Source: Candidatus Eiseniibacteriota bacterium
GTDB taxonomy: Bacteria > Eisenbacteria > RBG-16-71-46 > CAVPCR01
Assembly (NCBI GenBank): GCA_963823555.1
Contig: CAWGMA010000001.1
Span: 1,248,001-1,312,000 of the forward strand
DNA: 64,000 nucleotides
Direction: 5' to 3'
Shown in pieces: positions 38,851 through 47,671 of this stretch. The position numbers and the translations under genes were made by a program. Position 1 is the first letter of the stretch, and each line of letters starts with the position of its first letter. The notes under the pieces are model-generated. The model did no database searches. It saw only the letters and a list, made by a program, of their open reading frames with translations, and was not told the origin of the DNA.

Positions 38851-41800
38851 ATGGATCAGCGACCGGCGTGTCCCGACCTCTCATGGCTGCCGCGTGACTG
38901 CGGGTCCGCACGCGCTCGTGCCGCGCCCGCTCCAGGGCCTCCTGGTCGGTGCCTGGGCGGCCGCGGCGCTGCCCCCGGTCCCGCCGCGCTCCTCGCCTCG
39001 GCGCTCCTCCTCGCTCTCCTGCTATCGCCGCCGCCGGTCTCGGCTCAGGCCTTCTTCGGGAAGAACAAGGTCCAGTACGCCGAATTCTCCTGGCAAGTCA
39101 TGCAGACGCCCCACATCGATCTGCACTTCTACCCGGAAGAGGAGGAAGTCGCCGAGTGGGTGGCCGAGGTGGCGGAGGAAGCCTGGGCCGAGTTCACGAT
39201 CGAGATGGGGCTCGACTCGCTGACCACCAAACGCATCCCCTTTCTGCTCTACTCGACGCACCGCGACTTCGAGCAGACCAACGTCTCACCCGGGCCCATC
39301 CCGGAGGAGGTCGGGGGGCTCACGGATCTCCTCAAGGGGCGCGTGCTGGTGCCCCATACGGGTTCCTATCATCGCCTGCGCTGGGTCGTTCGCCACGAGC
39401 TGGTTCACGCCCTCATGCTCGAGAAGCTGAGCCAGGATCTGCGCGTGCACAAGAAGACGCGCTACACCTATCCGCCCCTCTGGTACGTGGAGGGGCTCGC
39501 CGAGTTCCTTGCTGCCGACTGGGATGCGCGCGCGGACATGATCGTGCGCGATGCGGTGATCCATGATCGACTCGTCCCCGTCGACCAGCTGTGGACGATC
39601 AACGGCTCGTTCCAGATGTACAAGGAGGGGCAGTCGATCCTGCTCCACATCGCGGAGCACCATGGCCGCGACAAGGTGCTCGAGTTCCTCAAGCTCTGGT
39701 GGCAGACCGACGACTTCGATCGCCTGATGATCGAGATCCTGGGGATGACGACCAAGGAGCTCGACCGGGCCTGGACCGATGAGCTCAGGCGGCGGTATTA
39801 CCCGCAGGTCAAGGAGCGTGATGCGGTGGATGTGGCGGCCGAGAGGATGATCGGTCATGGCCGCTTCAACCTGGCCGCCTGCGCCTTGCCGCCGGCCGGT
39901 GCTGCGGCCGCCGACTCGGCCCTCGATCTGGTCTTCCTGTCGAGCTTGGGCGGTTTCCCCGGGCTTCGCCATGGCGTGTACCGGCCCGGCGTCCCACCTG
40001 ACAAGGCCGAGCCTCCGGTGCTGTTGGTGAAGGGTGGCACCAGCGAGGATTTCGAGAGCCTGCACTTCTTCGAGAGCGCGCTCGATGTGAATGCCCGGCG
40101 CGAAGTGGTCTTCGTCGCGCGCTCGGGGGCGCGCGACGTGCTCCACATCGTCGATGTCGACCGCCGGTTGCGCCTGGCGTCCCTCACCTTCCCGTCGCTC
40201 GTGGCTCTGAGCTCTCCATCCTGGTCACCCGACGGGAGCCGGATCGTGATGAGCGGGGTGGATGTCTCGGGCCGGTGCGATCTCTATACCGTCGGCCGCG
40301 ATGGAAGCGGCCTGCGGGCCCTGACCAGCGATGTCTATGACGATCGCGATCCGGACTGGTCGCCCGACGGTCGCATGATCGTGTTCGCGTCGGATCGCTG
40401 TCCCGGTGGGGCCGCCGGTGCGATGAATCTCTACTTGCTGGATCCCGAGGTGAGCGCTGAGCCGGTTCCCCTGACGAGCGGGTTCCAGGAGGATGCGGAG
40501 CCCGCCTTCTCACCCGACGGCCGGTTGATCGCGTTCCGTTCCGATCGCCATGCCTCGACCTACGATCTCTACCTGGTCGACCTCGCCGGTCGCGTGACTC
40601 CGCTCCAGCGCTTCCAGACCGCGGCCCTCGATCCGGAGTGGACCCCGGACGGCCGGCAGATCCTGTTCACGACCTTCCTTGAACAGTCGTTCGCCATCTA
40701 CCGGACTCCGGCCATCGAGTTGCCGCTGCCTGCGCCAGTGGAGGAGACGGGCCCGATTCTGGCCGGGCTCACCGGCCACGGCAGCGGGATCGCCAGCACC
40801 GGCCGCACCCTCGAACTGGCCGGCCTCTTCGCCGCGGGCAGCGCGGAGAGCGATGCGGCCTCACCGGGCCCGGAGCCCACTCCGAGCTGGGATCCCACTG
40901 CCGATCTCGGCGCGCCCGCGGACACGCCCGGAGGCCCGGGCGAGAGCGCCGGCTCGGCATGGGAACCGGCGGTGCCCGACTCGTCCTACCCGGTGTCCGG
41001 ATATCGCCGGCGCTTCGAGCTCGATCTGATCCAGGGCGGCGTGGCCTACGATCCCGATTTCGGCGGCGGGGGAGGCGGGCAGATCGCCTTCTCGGATCTG
41101 CTCAACAACGAGCAGCTGCTCTTCTTCATTGCCAACGATGGCGGTTCGAGCGGCAACTTCCTCGACTCCTTCGACCTGGGCTTCACCTACTACAACGCGT
41201 GGCGGCGATTGAACTGGGGAGCCGGGGCCTTCCGCCTGGCGCGCACCTACAACGCGGATCTCGACCTCTTCCTCCGGGAGAGCCGGGTCGGCGGGCTCTT
41301 CCTCGCCAGCTATCCGCTGAGCCGCTTCAACCGGATCGAGACCACGCTCGTCGTGCGCCGGATCTCGAACCACCTCTATCGCTCCGGAGTGGTGAGCGAC
41401 ACCTATTTCGTCTCCAACGTCTTCTCGTATGTCCACGATGGAACGCTGTGGTCGATGCTGGGCCCCTTCGATGGTTCCCGGTACAATCTGACACTCGGTC
41501 TCACCACCGACATCGGCGCCGGCATCGGCGATTACGTGAGCGTCCTGGGCGACTACCGCTGGTATCACCGGTTGTTCGAAGACATGGTCTACGCCATGCG
41601 CACACAAGCCCGGGTCAGCTTCGGGGACGAAGGCCAGCGCTACTTCGTGGGGGGGGCCTTCAGTCTGCGCGGCTATCCGCATCGCTCGGTCGCCGGCCGG
41701 CGGCTCCTGCTGCTGAATCAAGAGGTACGCTTCCCGATCATCGACCGCATGGTCGTCGCCATGCCCGCGGGCCCGCTCGACATGCCCGTCTTCTATGGAG

Positions 41801-41991
41801 CGGGGTTCGTCGACATGGCCTGGGTGGGTGATCCGGATTGGGCGGCACGCCCGGTGGGGAGCGTCGGCGTCGGATTCTTCATCGGGGGCGGGCCGTATCC
41901 GCGGTTGCGCGTCGATTTCAGCTGGCCGACCGATTTCCATTCGATCTCGGGCCGGGCCGATACCGAGTTCTCGATCGGCTTCGGCTATTGA
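38851..41991 (+). CDS. Omp85/BamA-superfamily protein with N-terminal HExxH metallopeptidase-like domain and PD40 propeller (start approximate)
   Basis: FGKNKVQY after signal peptide, RHELVH...WYVEGLAEF, several WSPDG/FSPDG repeats, SLRGY (L6 motif), NQEVRFP, C-terminal FSIGFGY. Confidence 0.85.
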   Translation: MDQRPACPDLSWLPRDCGSARARAAPAPGPPGRCLGGRGAAPGPAALLASALLLALLLSPPPVSAQAFFGKNKVQYAEFSWQVMQTPHIDLHFYPEEEEVAEWVAEVAEEAWAEFTIEMGLDSLTTKRIPFLLYSTHRDFEQTNVSPGPIPEEVGGLTDLLKGRVLVPHTGSYHRLRWVVRHELVHALMLEKLSQDLRVHKKTRYTYPPLWYVEGLAEFLAADWDARADMIVRDAVIHDRLVPVDQLWTINGSFQMYKEGQSILLHIAEHHGRDKVLEFLKLWWQTDDFDRLMIEILGMTTKELDRAWTDELRRRYYPQVKERDAVDVAAERMIGHGRFNLAACALPPAGAAAADSALDLVFLSSLGGFPGLRHGVYRPGVPPDKAEPPVLLVKGGTSEDFESLHFFESALDVNARREVVFVARSGARDVLHIVDVDRRLRLASLTFPSLVALSSPSWSPDGSRIVMSGVDVSGRCDLYTVGRDGSGLRALTSDVYDDRDPDWSPDGRMIVFASDRCPGGAAGAMNLYLLDPEVSAEPVPLTSGFQEDAEPAFSPDGRLIAFRSDRHASTYDLYLVDLAGRVTPLQRFQTAALDPEWTPDGRQILFTTFLEQSFAIYRTPAIELPLPAPVEETGPILAGLTGHGSGIASTGRTLELAGLFAAGSAESDAASPGPEPTPSWDPTADLGAPADTPGGPGESAGSAWEPAVPDSSYPVSGYRRRFELDLIQGGVAYDPDFGGGGGGQIAFSDLLNNEQLLFFIANDGGSSGNFLDSFDLGFTYYNAWRRLNWGAGAFRLARTYNADLDLFLRESRVGGLFLASYPLSRFNRIETTLVVRRISNHLYRSGVVSDTYFVSNVFSYVHDGTLWSMLGPFDGSRYNLTLGLTTDIGAGIGDYVSVLGDYRWYHRLFEDMVYAMRTQARVSFGDEGQRYFVGGAFSLRGYPHRSVAGRRLLLLNQEVRFPIIDRMVVAMPAGPLDMPVFYGAGFVDMAWVGDPDWAARPVGSVGVGFFIGGGPYPRLRVDFSWPTDFHSISGRADTEFSIGFGY

Positions 41992-42132
41992 TGAGGCGGC
42001 CCGGCTCCCGGCACGAGCAGGCGGCATACCGCGCGGGCGAGGTGGCGCTGCTCGCCTGCAGACGGCAGGCACGCGCGGCGCCTCGGCACCGGGCTCACGA
42101 TCGGGCACCCGGAAGTGGGTGCCGGGTTTTGC

Positions 42133-42162
42133 TTGCCCGGATCGCCAAGGCGGGCTTATCTT
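42133..42162 (+). promoter_or_regulatory. possible sigma70 promoter of the gpgS-ABC operon
   Basis: TTGCCC-18 bp-TATCTT. Confidence 0.4.
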
Positions 42163-42241
42163 GAATCACCCGCATGCGCGATCAACGCGCTTCTCTCCCT
42201 CGCTCTCTTGACGCCCCGGCCGCCGACCAACGGGAGGGCAC

Positions 42242-43450
42242 ATGAGCGACTTCCATCAGTTCGGACCCATCACGGCAATGCCCCGCCTCGTGCCGTGGAC
42301 TCTGGAGGAAATCGAGGCGCGCGTCGAGGGCCTCGCCCGCAAGTTCCCCGTCGGGCTCGTGATTCCGATGGTGCCCTCGGAGATGGACCGCCCGGCCCTG
42401 GCGCGGATCATCGGTGAGCTCTGCGAGGTGAGTTATCTCGACACGCTCGTCATCTCACTCAACCGGGCCACCGCTCGCGACTACACGCGAGCGAAGAGTT
42501 TCTTCGCCCCCTATCCGGGACGAAAGGTCATTGTCTGGAACGAGTCTCCCGGGGTGCGCAAGTTCCTGAGCCAGATCAGCGCGGCAAACCTCTACACCGG
42601 GGAGCCAGGCAAGGGACGCGCCTGCTGGCTTGCGATCGGGTACATCCTCGCCGGGGAGAGGGCCGAGTACATCGCGTTTCAAGACGCCGACGTCGTCAAC
42701 TACTCGCGCGAGATGCTGGCGCGGCTCGTGCTTCCGACCATCGATCCCACGGTCGATTTCGATTTCGTCAAGGGCTACTACTCCCGGGTCTCGGACCGCC
42801 TGCACGGTCGGGTCACTCGCTTGATGCTGGCGCCGCTCCTGGCGGCGCTCACTCGACTGATCGGTGACGATCCCTACGTGCGCTACCTGTCTTCGTTCCG
42901 CTATCCGCTGGCCGGGGAGTTCGCGGTGAAGGCCGATCTGGCCCAGCGGATGCGCCTGCCCTGCGACTGGGGACTCGAGATCGTCACCCTGTTCGAGGTG
43001 CTCCGCCATCGGGCCCCGGCCCGCATTGGACAGGTGGAGATAGCGGATCGCTACGAGCACAAGCATCAGGAGCTGTCGGCCGATGACCCGTCCCGCGGCT
43101 TGCACCGCATGGTGCGGGACATCGTCAAGCATCTCCTGCGCACCCTGGCCGCCGCTGGAGTCAATCTCTCGGACGGGCTCCTGCGCAGCATGCTCGCGGC
43201 CTACCAGCGCGAGGCAGGTGACGCCATCGCCGACAGCTACGCGGTGGCGCGGATGAACGGGCTGCGCTATGACCGCCACCAGGAGGAGGAGAACGTGCAG
43301 GTCTTCCTGGCGGCGATCCGGTCGTCGATCGATGAGGTGCGGGCCGACCCCCTCGGGGCTCCCATGGTACCGAACTGGGTCCGCATCTGGGCCGGGGTTC
43401 CGGATGCCAATGCCCGGCTTCTCGCCGCGGTCGAGCGGGGAGGGAAGTAG
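42242..43450 (+). CDS. gpgS: glucosyl-3-phosphoglycerate synthase (about 400-aa type)
   Basis: MSDFHQFGPIT, GKGRACW, DAD, FVKGYYSR, GRVTRL, FRYPLAGEF, DWGLEI, YEHKHQ, DRHQEE. Confidence 0.78.
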   Translation: MSDFHQFGPITAMPRLVPWTLEEIEARVEGLARKFPVGLVIPMVPSEMDRPALARIIGELCEVSYLDTLVISLNRATARDYTRAKSFFAPYPGRKVIVWNESPGVRKFLSQISAANLYTGEPGKGRACWLAIGYILAGERAEYIAFQDADVVNYSREMLARLVLPTIDPTVDFDFVKGYYSRVSDRLHGRVTRLMLAPLLAALTRLIGDDPYVRYLSSFRYPLAGEFAVKADLAQRMRLPCDWGLEIVTLFEVLRHRAPARIGQVEIADRYEHKHQELSADDPSRGLHRMVRDIVKHLLRTLAAAGVNLSDGLLRSMLAAYQREAGDAIADSYAVARMNGLRYDRHQEEENVQVFLAAIRSSIDEVRADPLGAPMVPNWVRIWAGVPDANARLLAAVERGGK

Positions 43451-43453
43451 CCG

Positions 43454-44800
43454 GTGATGGATGGGCGGCACCGCTGGCCGCATCGCCGCGAACTCGAGGG
43501 ACGGCGCGCGATCCGGGACGGCGGTCGCCGCCTCGCGATCGCTGCACTCGCGCTTCTCGTCGCGGCGTGCGGGCGGGATGGGGCGAGTGCGGACGAGTCG
43601 GTTCTCCGCCTTCTCCTGCCGGCAACGGAACGCAGCGCGTGGCAGCCGCTGGCGGCGGCGTTCTCGGCCACCCGCCCCGGGGTTCGCGTCGAGCTGATCG
43701 AGGGACCCAACTCGACCGATCTGCGGGAGAGCCTCGTGTCAACGGCCCTCCTGGCGCGCGATCCGACTTATGATCTCGTCTATCTCGATGTGACATGGAC
43801 CCCGAAGTTCGCGGCGGCCGGCTGGCTGCGCGATCTCTCGGCAGATTTCGGCACGGATAGCCGCGAGAGATTTCTCGCGCCGGCGCTCGCCGCCGGTGTG
43901 GCCGCAGGCCGCCTCTACCGGATCCCCGTGCGCACCGATGCTGGATGTCTCTACTACCGGGCCGATCTACTCGCCGCGGCGAGCATCGAGCCGCCCGAGA
44001 CGTTCGCCGGGATGGCTGCCGCTTGCCGCGAGCTTGCGGATCCGCCGGAGCGCTTTGGATATGTCTGGCAGGGGAAGCAGTACGAGGGTCTGGTATGCAA
44101 CTACCTCGAGGTGCTGGCCGGCTTCGGTGGGGTGTGGATCGATGCCGAGACGGGGCACATCGGTCTCGATGAACCCCCGGCTCAGGCCGCGCTCGAGTTC
44201 CTGGTCCGTTGCGCCCGGCCGGGTGGGATCTCTCCGCCCGGAGTGCTGAGCTATCAAGAGGAGGAATCGCGGCGCCTGTTCCAGGAGGGCCGGGCGATCT
44301 TTCTCCGCAACTGGCCCTACGTGTGGCGGCTCGCGCAGCGCCCCGAGTCGGCGCTCCGAGATCGGGTCGGTGTCCGCCCGATGGTCGCGACATCCGCAGG
44401 GCGGCCGGCGGCGACCCTCGGCGGGTGGGGGCTCGCGGTGTCCAGCTATTCACGCCATCCGGCGCTCGCCGTGGACTTCATCCGCCATGTCACCACAATC
44501 GAGTCGCAACGCCTCCTGTGCCTGCCGACCGGATATGCGCCGGCGCTACGCGCCGCCTACGCCGACTCGGAGCTCCTGGCACAGAACCCCTTCCTCACCA
44601 CGGTCCTCGAGCTTCACGCGAGCGCCGTCCTCCGGCCGGCGCTCGTCGATTACGCGCGGGCCTCCGATATTCTGCAGCGTCGGCTCTCTGCCGCGCTCTC
44701 CGGGCGCGAATCCGTGGCCGGCGCCCTCGCCGCGGCGGCGCGGGAGACCCGAGCCCTCCTCGCCGTGGGCGGCGAGGCTCCCCCGCGGAGCGGATCATGA
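43454..44800 (+). CDS. sugar ABC transporter substrate-binding lipoprotein (trehalose/maltose-like)
   Basis: Lipobox VAAC, DVTWTPKFAAAGW, LYYRADLL, WQGKQYEGL.C, FLRNWPY, TLGGWGL. Confidence 0.9.
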   Translation: MMDGRHRWPHRRELEGRRAIRDGGRRLAIAALALLVAACGRDGASADESVLRLLLPATERSAWQPLAAAFSATRPGVRVELIEGPNSTDLRESLVSTALLARDPTYDLVYLDVTWTPKFAAAGWLRDLSADFGTDSRERFLAPALAAGVAAGRLYRIPVRTDAGCLYYRADLLAAASIEPPETFAGMAAACRELADPPERFGYVWQGKQYEGLVCNYLEVLAGFGGVWIDAETGHIGLDEPPAQAALEFLVRCARPGGISPPGVLSYQEEESRRLFQEGRAIFLRNWPYVWRLAQRPESALRDRVGVRPMVATSAGRPAATLGGWGLAVSSYSRHPALAVDFIRHVTTIESQRLLCLPTGYAPALRAAYADSELLAQNPFLTTVLELHASAVLRPALVDYARASDILQRRLSAALSGRESVAGALAAAARETRALLAVGGEAPPRSGS

Positions 44801-45663
44801 GGTGGCGCGAGCAACTCTGGCTCCTCGCGCCGGCGGCGGTCCTCCTCGCCGCGGCCGTCGCCTATCCCATCGCCCGGGTCCTCATGCTCTCCTTTGCCGA
44901 CTACGGTCTCGCCACATCCTTCGAGATCCAGTGGCGAGGCCTCGAGCCCTACCAGCGATTGCTCGGGGATTCGCGCTTCGCCACGGCTCTCTGGAACACG
45001 ACCCTCTTCACTGGTGCATCGGTCGCGCTCGAGACCATCCTCGGACTTGCGATCGCCCTCATGCTCCGCCACCCGTTCAAGGGCCGGCGCGGCGCGCGCG
45101 CTCTCATGATGTTGCCGTGGGCGATGCCGACGGCCGTGATGGCCCTGGCCTGGACCTGGATCTTCAATGATGCCTTCGGAGTGGCCAACGATCTCCTGCT
45201 CAGGGCGGGGATGATCCGCGATCCCCTGCCGTGGCTCGCCGAGCCGCGGCTCGCCATGACGGCGCTGGTAGCGGCCGATGTGTGGAAGACAACACCCTTC
45301 GTGGCCCTGATCCTGCTTGCGGGACTCTCGAGCATCCCCGACTCGATCGAGGAGTCAGCGGAGGTCGACGGCATCGGTCGCTGGCGCCGGCTCGTGACGC
45401 TGATCCTGCCGCAACTCATGCCCTTCCTCGTGGTCGCCGTCATCTTCCGCGCGGTCCAGGCCTGGGCCGCCTTCGACCTGATCTACGTGATGACAGGGGG
45501 AGGGCCTGGGGGAGCGACGGAAACGGTCTCCCTCTATGCTCAGCAGACCTATTTCCGCTACCTCGATTTCGGCTATGCCTCGACGATCGTCGTGGTCTCG
45601 ATCGCCGCCTTGCTGGCGGCGGTGGCCGCGCTGCGCGGGCTAGGACGGAGGGTGACCTTGTGA
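44797..45663 (+). CDS. carbohydrate ABC transporter permease (MalF-like)
   Basis: ATGA overlap; LPWAMP, ADVWKTTPFVALILLAGL, EAA-like ESAEVDG, MTGGGPGGATE. Confidence 0.92.
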   Translation: MRWREQLWLLAPAAVLLAAAVAYPIARVLMLSFADYGLATSFEIQWRGLEPYQRLLGDSRFATALWNTTLFTGASVALETILGLAIALMLRHPFKGRRGARALMMLPWAMPTAVMALAWTWIFNDAFGVANDLLLRAGMIRDPLPWLAEPRLAMTALVAADVWKTTPFVALILLAGLSSIPDSIEESAEVDGIGRWRRLVTLILPQLMPFLVVAVIFRAVQAWAAFDLIYVMTGGGPGGATETVSLYAQQTYFRYLDFGYASTIVVVSIAALLAAVAALRGLGRRVTL

Positions 45664-46496
45664 AGCAGTCGCTTGCCAGCCTGGTGCTCCGGATCGTGGC
45701 GCTCGCGCTCCTCATCGGCTTGGCGCTGGGACCGGTGGCCTGGCAAGCCCTGACCTCGATCAAGAGCGACAACGAGATCACGACGCGACCGACCGTGTAC
45801 TGGCCGCGCCAGCCCACGCTCGATGCCTACCGCACGCTCTTCCAGCGCAAGCCCATGATGACCTACCTCGCCAATTCTCTCGTGGTCTCGGTCTCGGCCA
45901 CCATGCTCTGCCTGGCGGTCGCCATCCCCGCTGCCTATGCCCTGGCGCGCATGCGGCCGCGGGCGCGGCGCCTCGGACTGGCCGGGCTCCTCGGGGTGGC
46001 GCTCTTCCCGCCGGTGCTCTTGCTGTTTCCGCTCTACGAGGTGTTCCGCGCTCTGGGCTGGCTGAACCACTCGATCGCGCTCGTCGTGCCCTATGCGGCG
46101 CTGAATCTCCCGCTCGCCGTATGGGCGGTGGAGAGCGCGATCGGCACCGTTCCGATCGAGGTGGACGAGGCGGCCGTCCTCGACGGCCTTTCGGTGCGGC
46201 GCCGGCTCGTCCTCGTGCATGCCCCGCTGGCCGCCTCGGGAATCGCGGCGGCGGGGATCCTGGTGCTCATCTTCTCGTGGAACGAGTTCCTGCTCGCGCT
46301 CACCTTCATGACGCGCGATCAGGCGAAGACGGTCACCGCCGGAATCGCCAGTGTGAGCGGCTCCTCGATCTACGAGATCCCGTGGGGCCAGCTCTCGGCG
46401 GCAACGGTCGTGGCAACCGCTCCACTCATGGCGCTCGTGCTGCTCGGACAGCGTTTCCTCATCCAGGGCATCACGCGCGGTGCGGTGAAGGGATAG
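45660..46496 (+). CDS. carbohydrate ABC transporter permease (MalG-like)
   Basis: GTGA overlap; NSLVVS, AAYALAR, EAAVLDG, FSWNEFL.A, GITRGAVKG. Confidence 0.92.
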   Translation: MKQSLASLVLRIVALALLIGLALGPVAWQALTSIKSDNEITTRPTVYWPRQPTLDAYRTLFQRKPMMTYLANSLVVSVSATMLCLAVAIPAAYALARMRPRARRLGLAGLLGVALFPPVLLLFPLYEVFRALGWLNHSIALVVPYAALNLPLAVWAVESAIGTVPIEVDEAAVLDGLSVRRRLVLVHAPLAASGIAAAGILVLIFSWNEFLLALTFMTRDQAKTVTAGIASVSGSSIYEIPWGQLSAATVVATAPLMALVLLGQRFLIQGITRGAVKG

Positions 46497-46501
46497 ATGC
46501 G

Positions 46502-47632
46502 GTGGTAACGACAGCGAGTGAAAGGGCGAGGCGGAGTGCCGCCCATCTCGAGATCAGCGAGGTATCGGCCGCCTACGGCGACGACGCGGTTCTGGACCGG
46601 GTCTCCTTCACGGCGTCCCCCGGGACGATCCTGACCCTGCTCGGCCCGTCAGGCTGCGGCAAATCGACGCTCCTCCGGGTCGTGGCCGGGCTCCTGTCCC
46701 CGACTGCGGGTGATGTGCGCATCGACGGCCGGTCCGTGCTCGACTCGCCGCCCGGACGGCGGGATGTCGCCATGGTCTTCCAGAACTACGCGCTCTATCC
46801 CCATCTGAGCGTGAAGCGGAATCTCTCTCTTGCTCTCGAGGCGCGGCGCATCGACAAGAAGGAGATCACGCGTCGCATCACCGAGGTCTCCGGATTGCTG
46901 GGCATCGGCGATCTTCTCATGCGGAAGCCCAGGGCCCTCTCCGGGGGGCAGCAGCAGCGGGTGGCTCTGGGCCGGGCCCTGGTGCGCGAACCCCGGCTGT
47001 ATCTCCTCGATGAGCCGCTGTCGAATCTCGATGCGCTCTTGCGCGAGGAGATGCGGAGTGAGCTGAAAGCGCTGTTCCGCCGGCTCGGGGCGACCGTGCT
47101 CTATGTTACCCACGACCAGGTGGAGGCCCTCACCCTCGCCGACACGGTGGTCGTGCTCGAACGGGGGCGGGTGCGACAGGTCGGCGCGCCCGCCGAAGTC
47201 CACCGCCAGCCGGCCGATCTGTTCGTGGCCACCTTTGTCGGGTCCCCGCGCATGAACCTGATCGCGGGCGAGGTGAGTGCCGATGGCTTCGCTGCCCACG
47301 GACTCCGCCTGCGCGGTCCGGTCCCGGCGCCGGGGGGAACCCGGGTCATGCTCGGCATCCGCCCCGAGGACGTCCAGGTGAGTCGTGCCGACCGGGCGGC
47401 GGATGCCACGGAGCAGGATGGGATGAGCGCGCGCATCACGCTGAACGAGAACCTGGGGTCCCAGGTCCTGCTCACCCTTGCGGTGGGGGACTTGAGGATC
47501 CGCGCTCTCGTCCCGGAGAGCCCACCGGGAGAGAGGATCTCGATTCGCTTCCCGGCCTCCCGGCGGCACTGGTTCGACCTGGCGAGCGGCGGACGGCTGA
47601 ATCCGGTCCAGGTCGAGCGGCCACCGGTGTAG
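46502..47632 (+). CDS. sugar ABC transporter ATP-binding protein (MalK-like)
   Basis: GPSGCGKST, MVFQNYALYPH, LSGGQQQRVA, LLDEPLSNLD, YVTHDQ, FVGSPRMN, TOBE tail. Confidence 0.95.
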   Translation: MVTTASERARRSAAHLEISEVSAAYGDDAVLDRVSFTASPGTILTLLGPSGCGKSTLLRVVAGLLSPTAGDVRIDGRSVLDSPPGRRDVAMVFQNYALYPHLSVKRNLSLALEARRIDKKEITRRITEVSGLLGIGDLLMRKPRALSGGQQQRVALGRALVREPRLYLLDEPLSNLDALLREEMRSELKALFRRLGATVLYVTHDQVEALTLADTVVVLERGRVRQVGAPAEVHRQPADLFVATFVGSPRMNLIAGEVSADGFAAHGLRLRGPVPAPGGTRVMLGIRPEDVQVSRADRAADATEQDGMSARITLNENLGSQVLLTLAVGDLRIRALVPESPPGERISIRFPASRRHWFDLASGGRLNPVQVERPPV

Positions 47633-47671
47633 GTCGAGCGGCCGCGTCCGACATCACGGTCGCCCGTCGAC

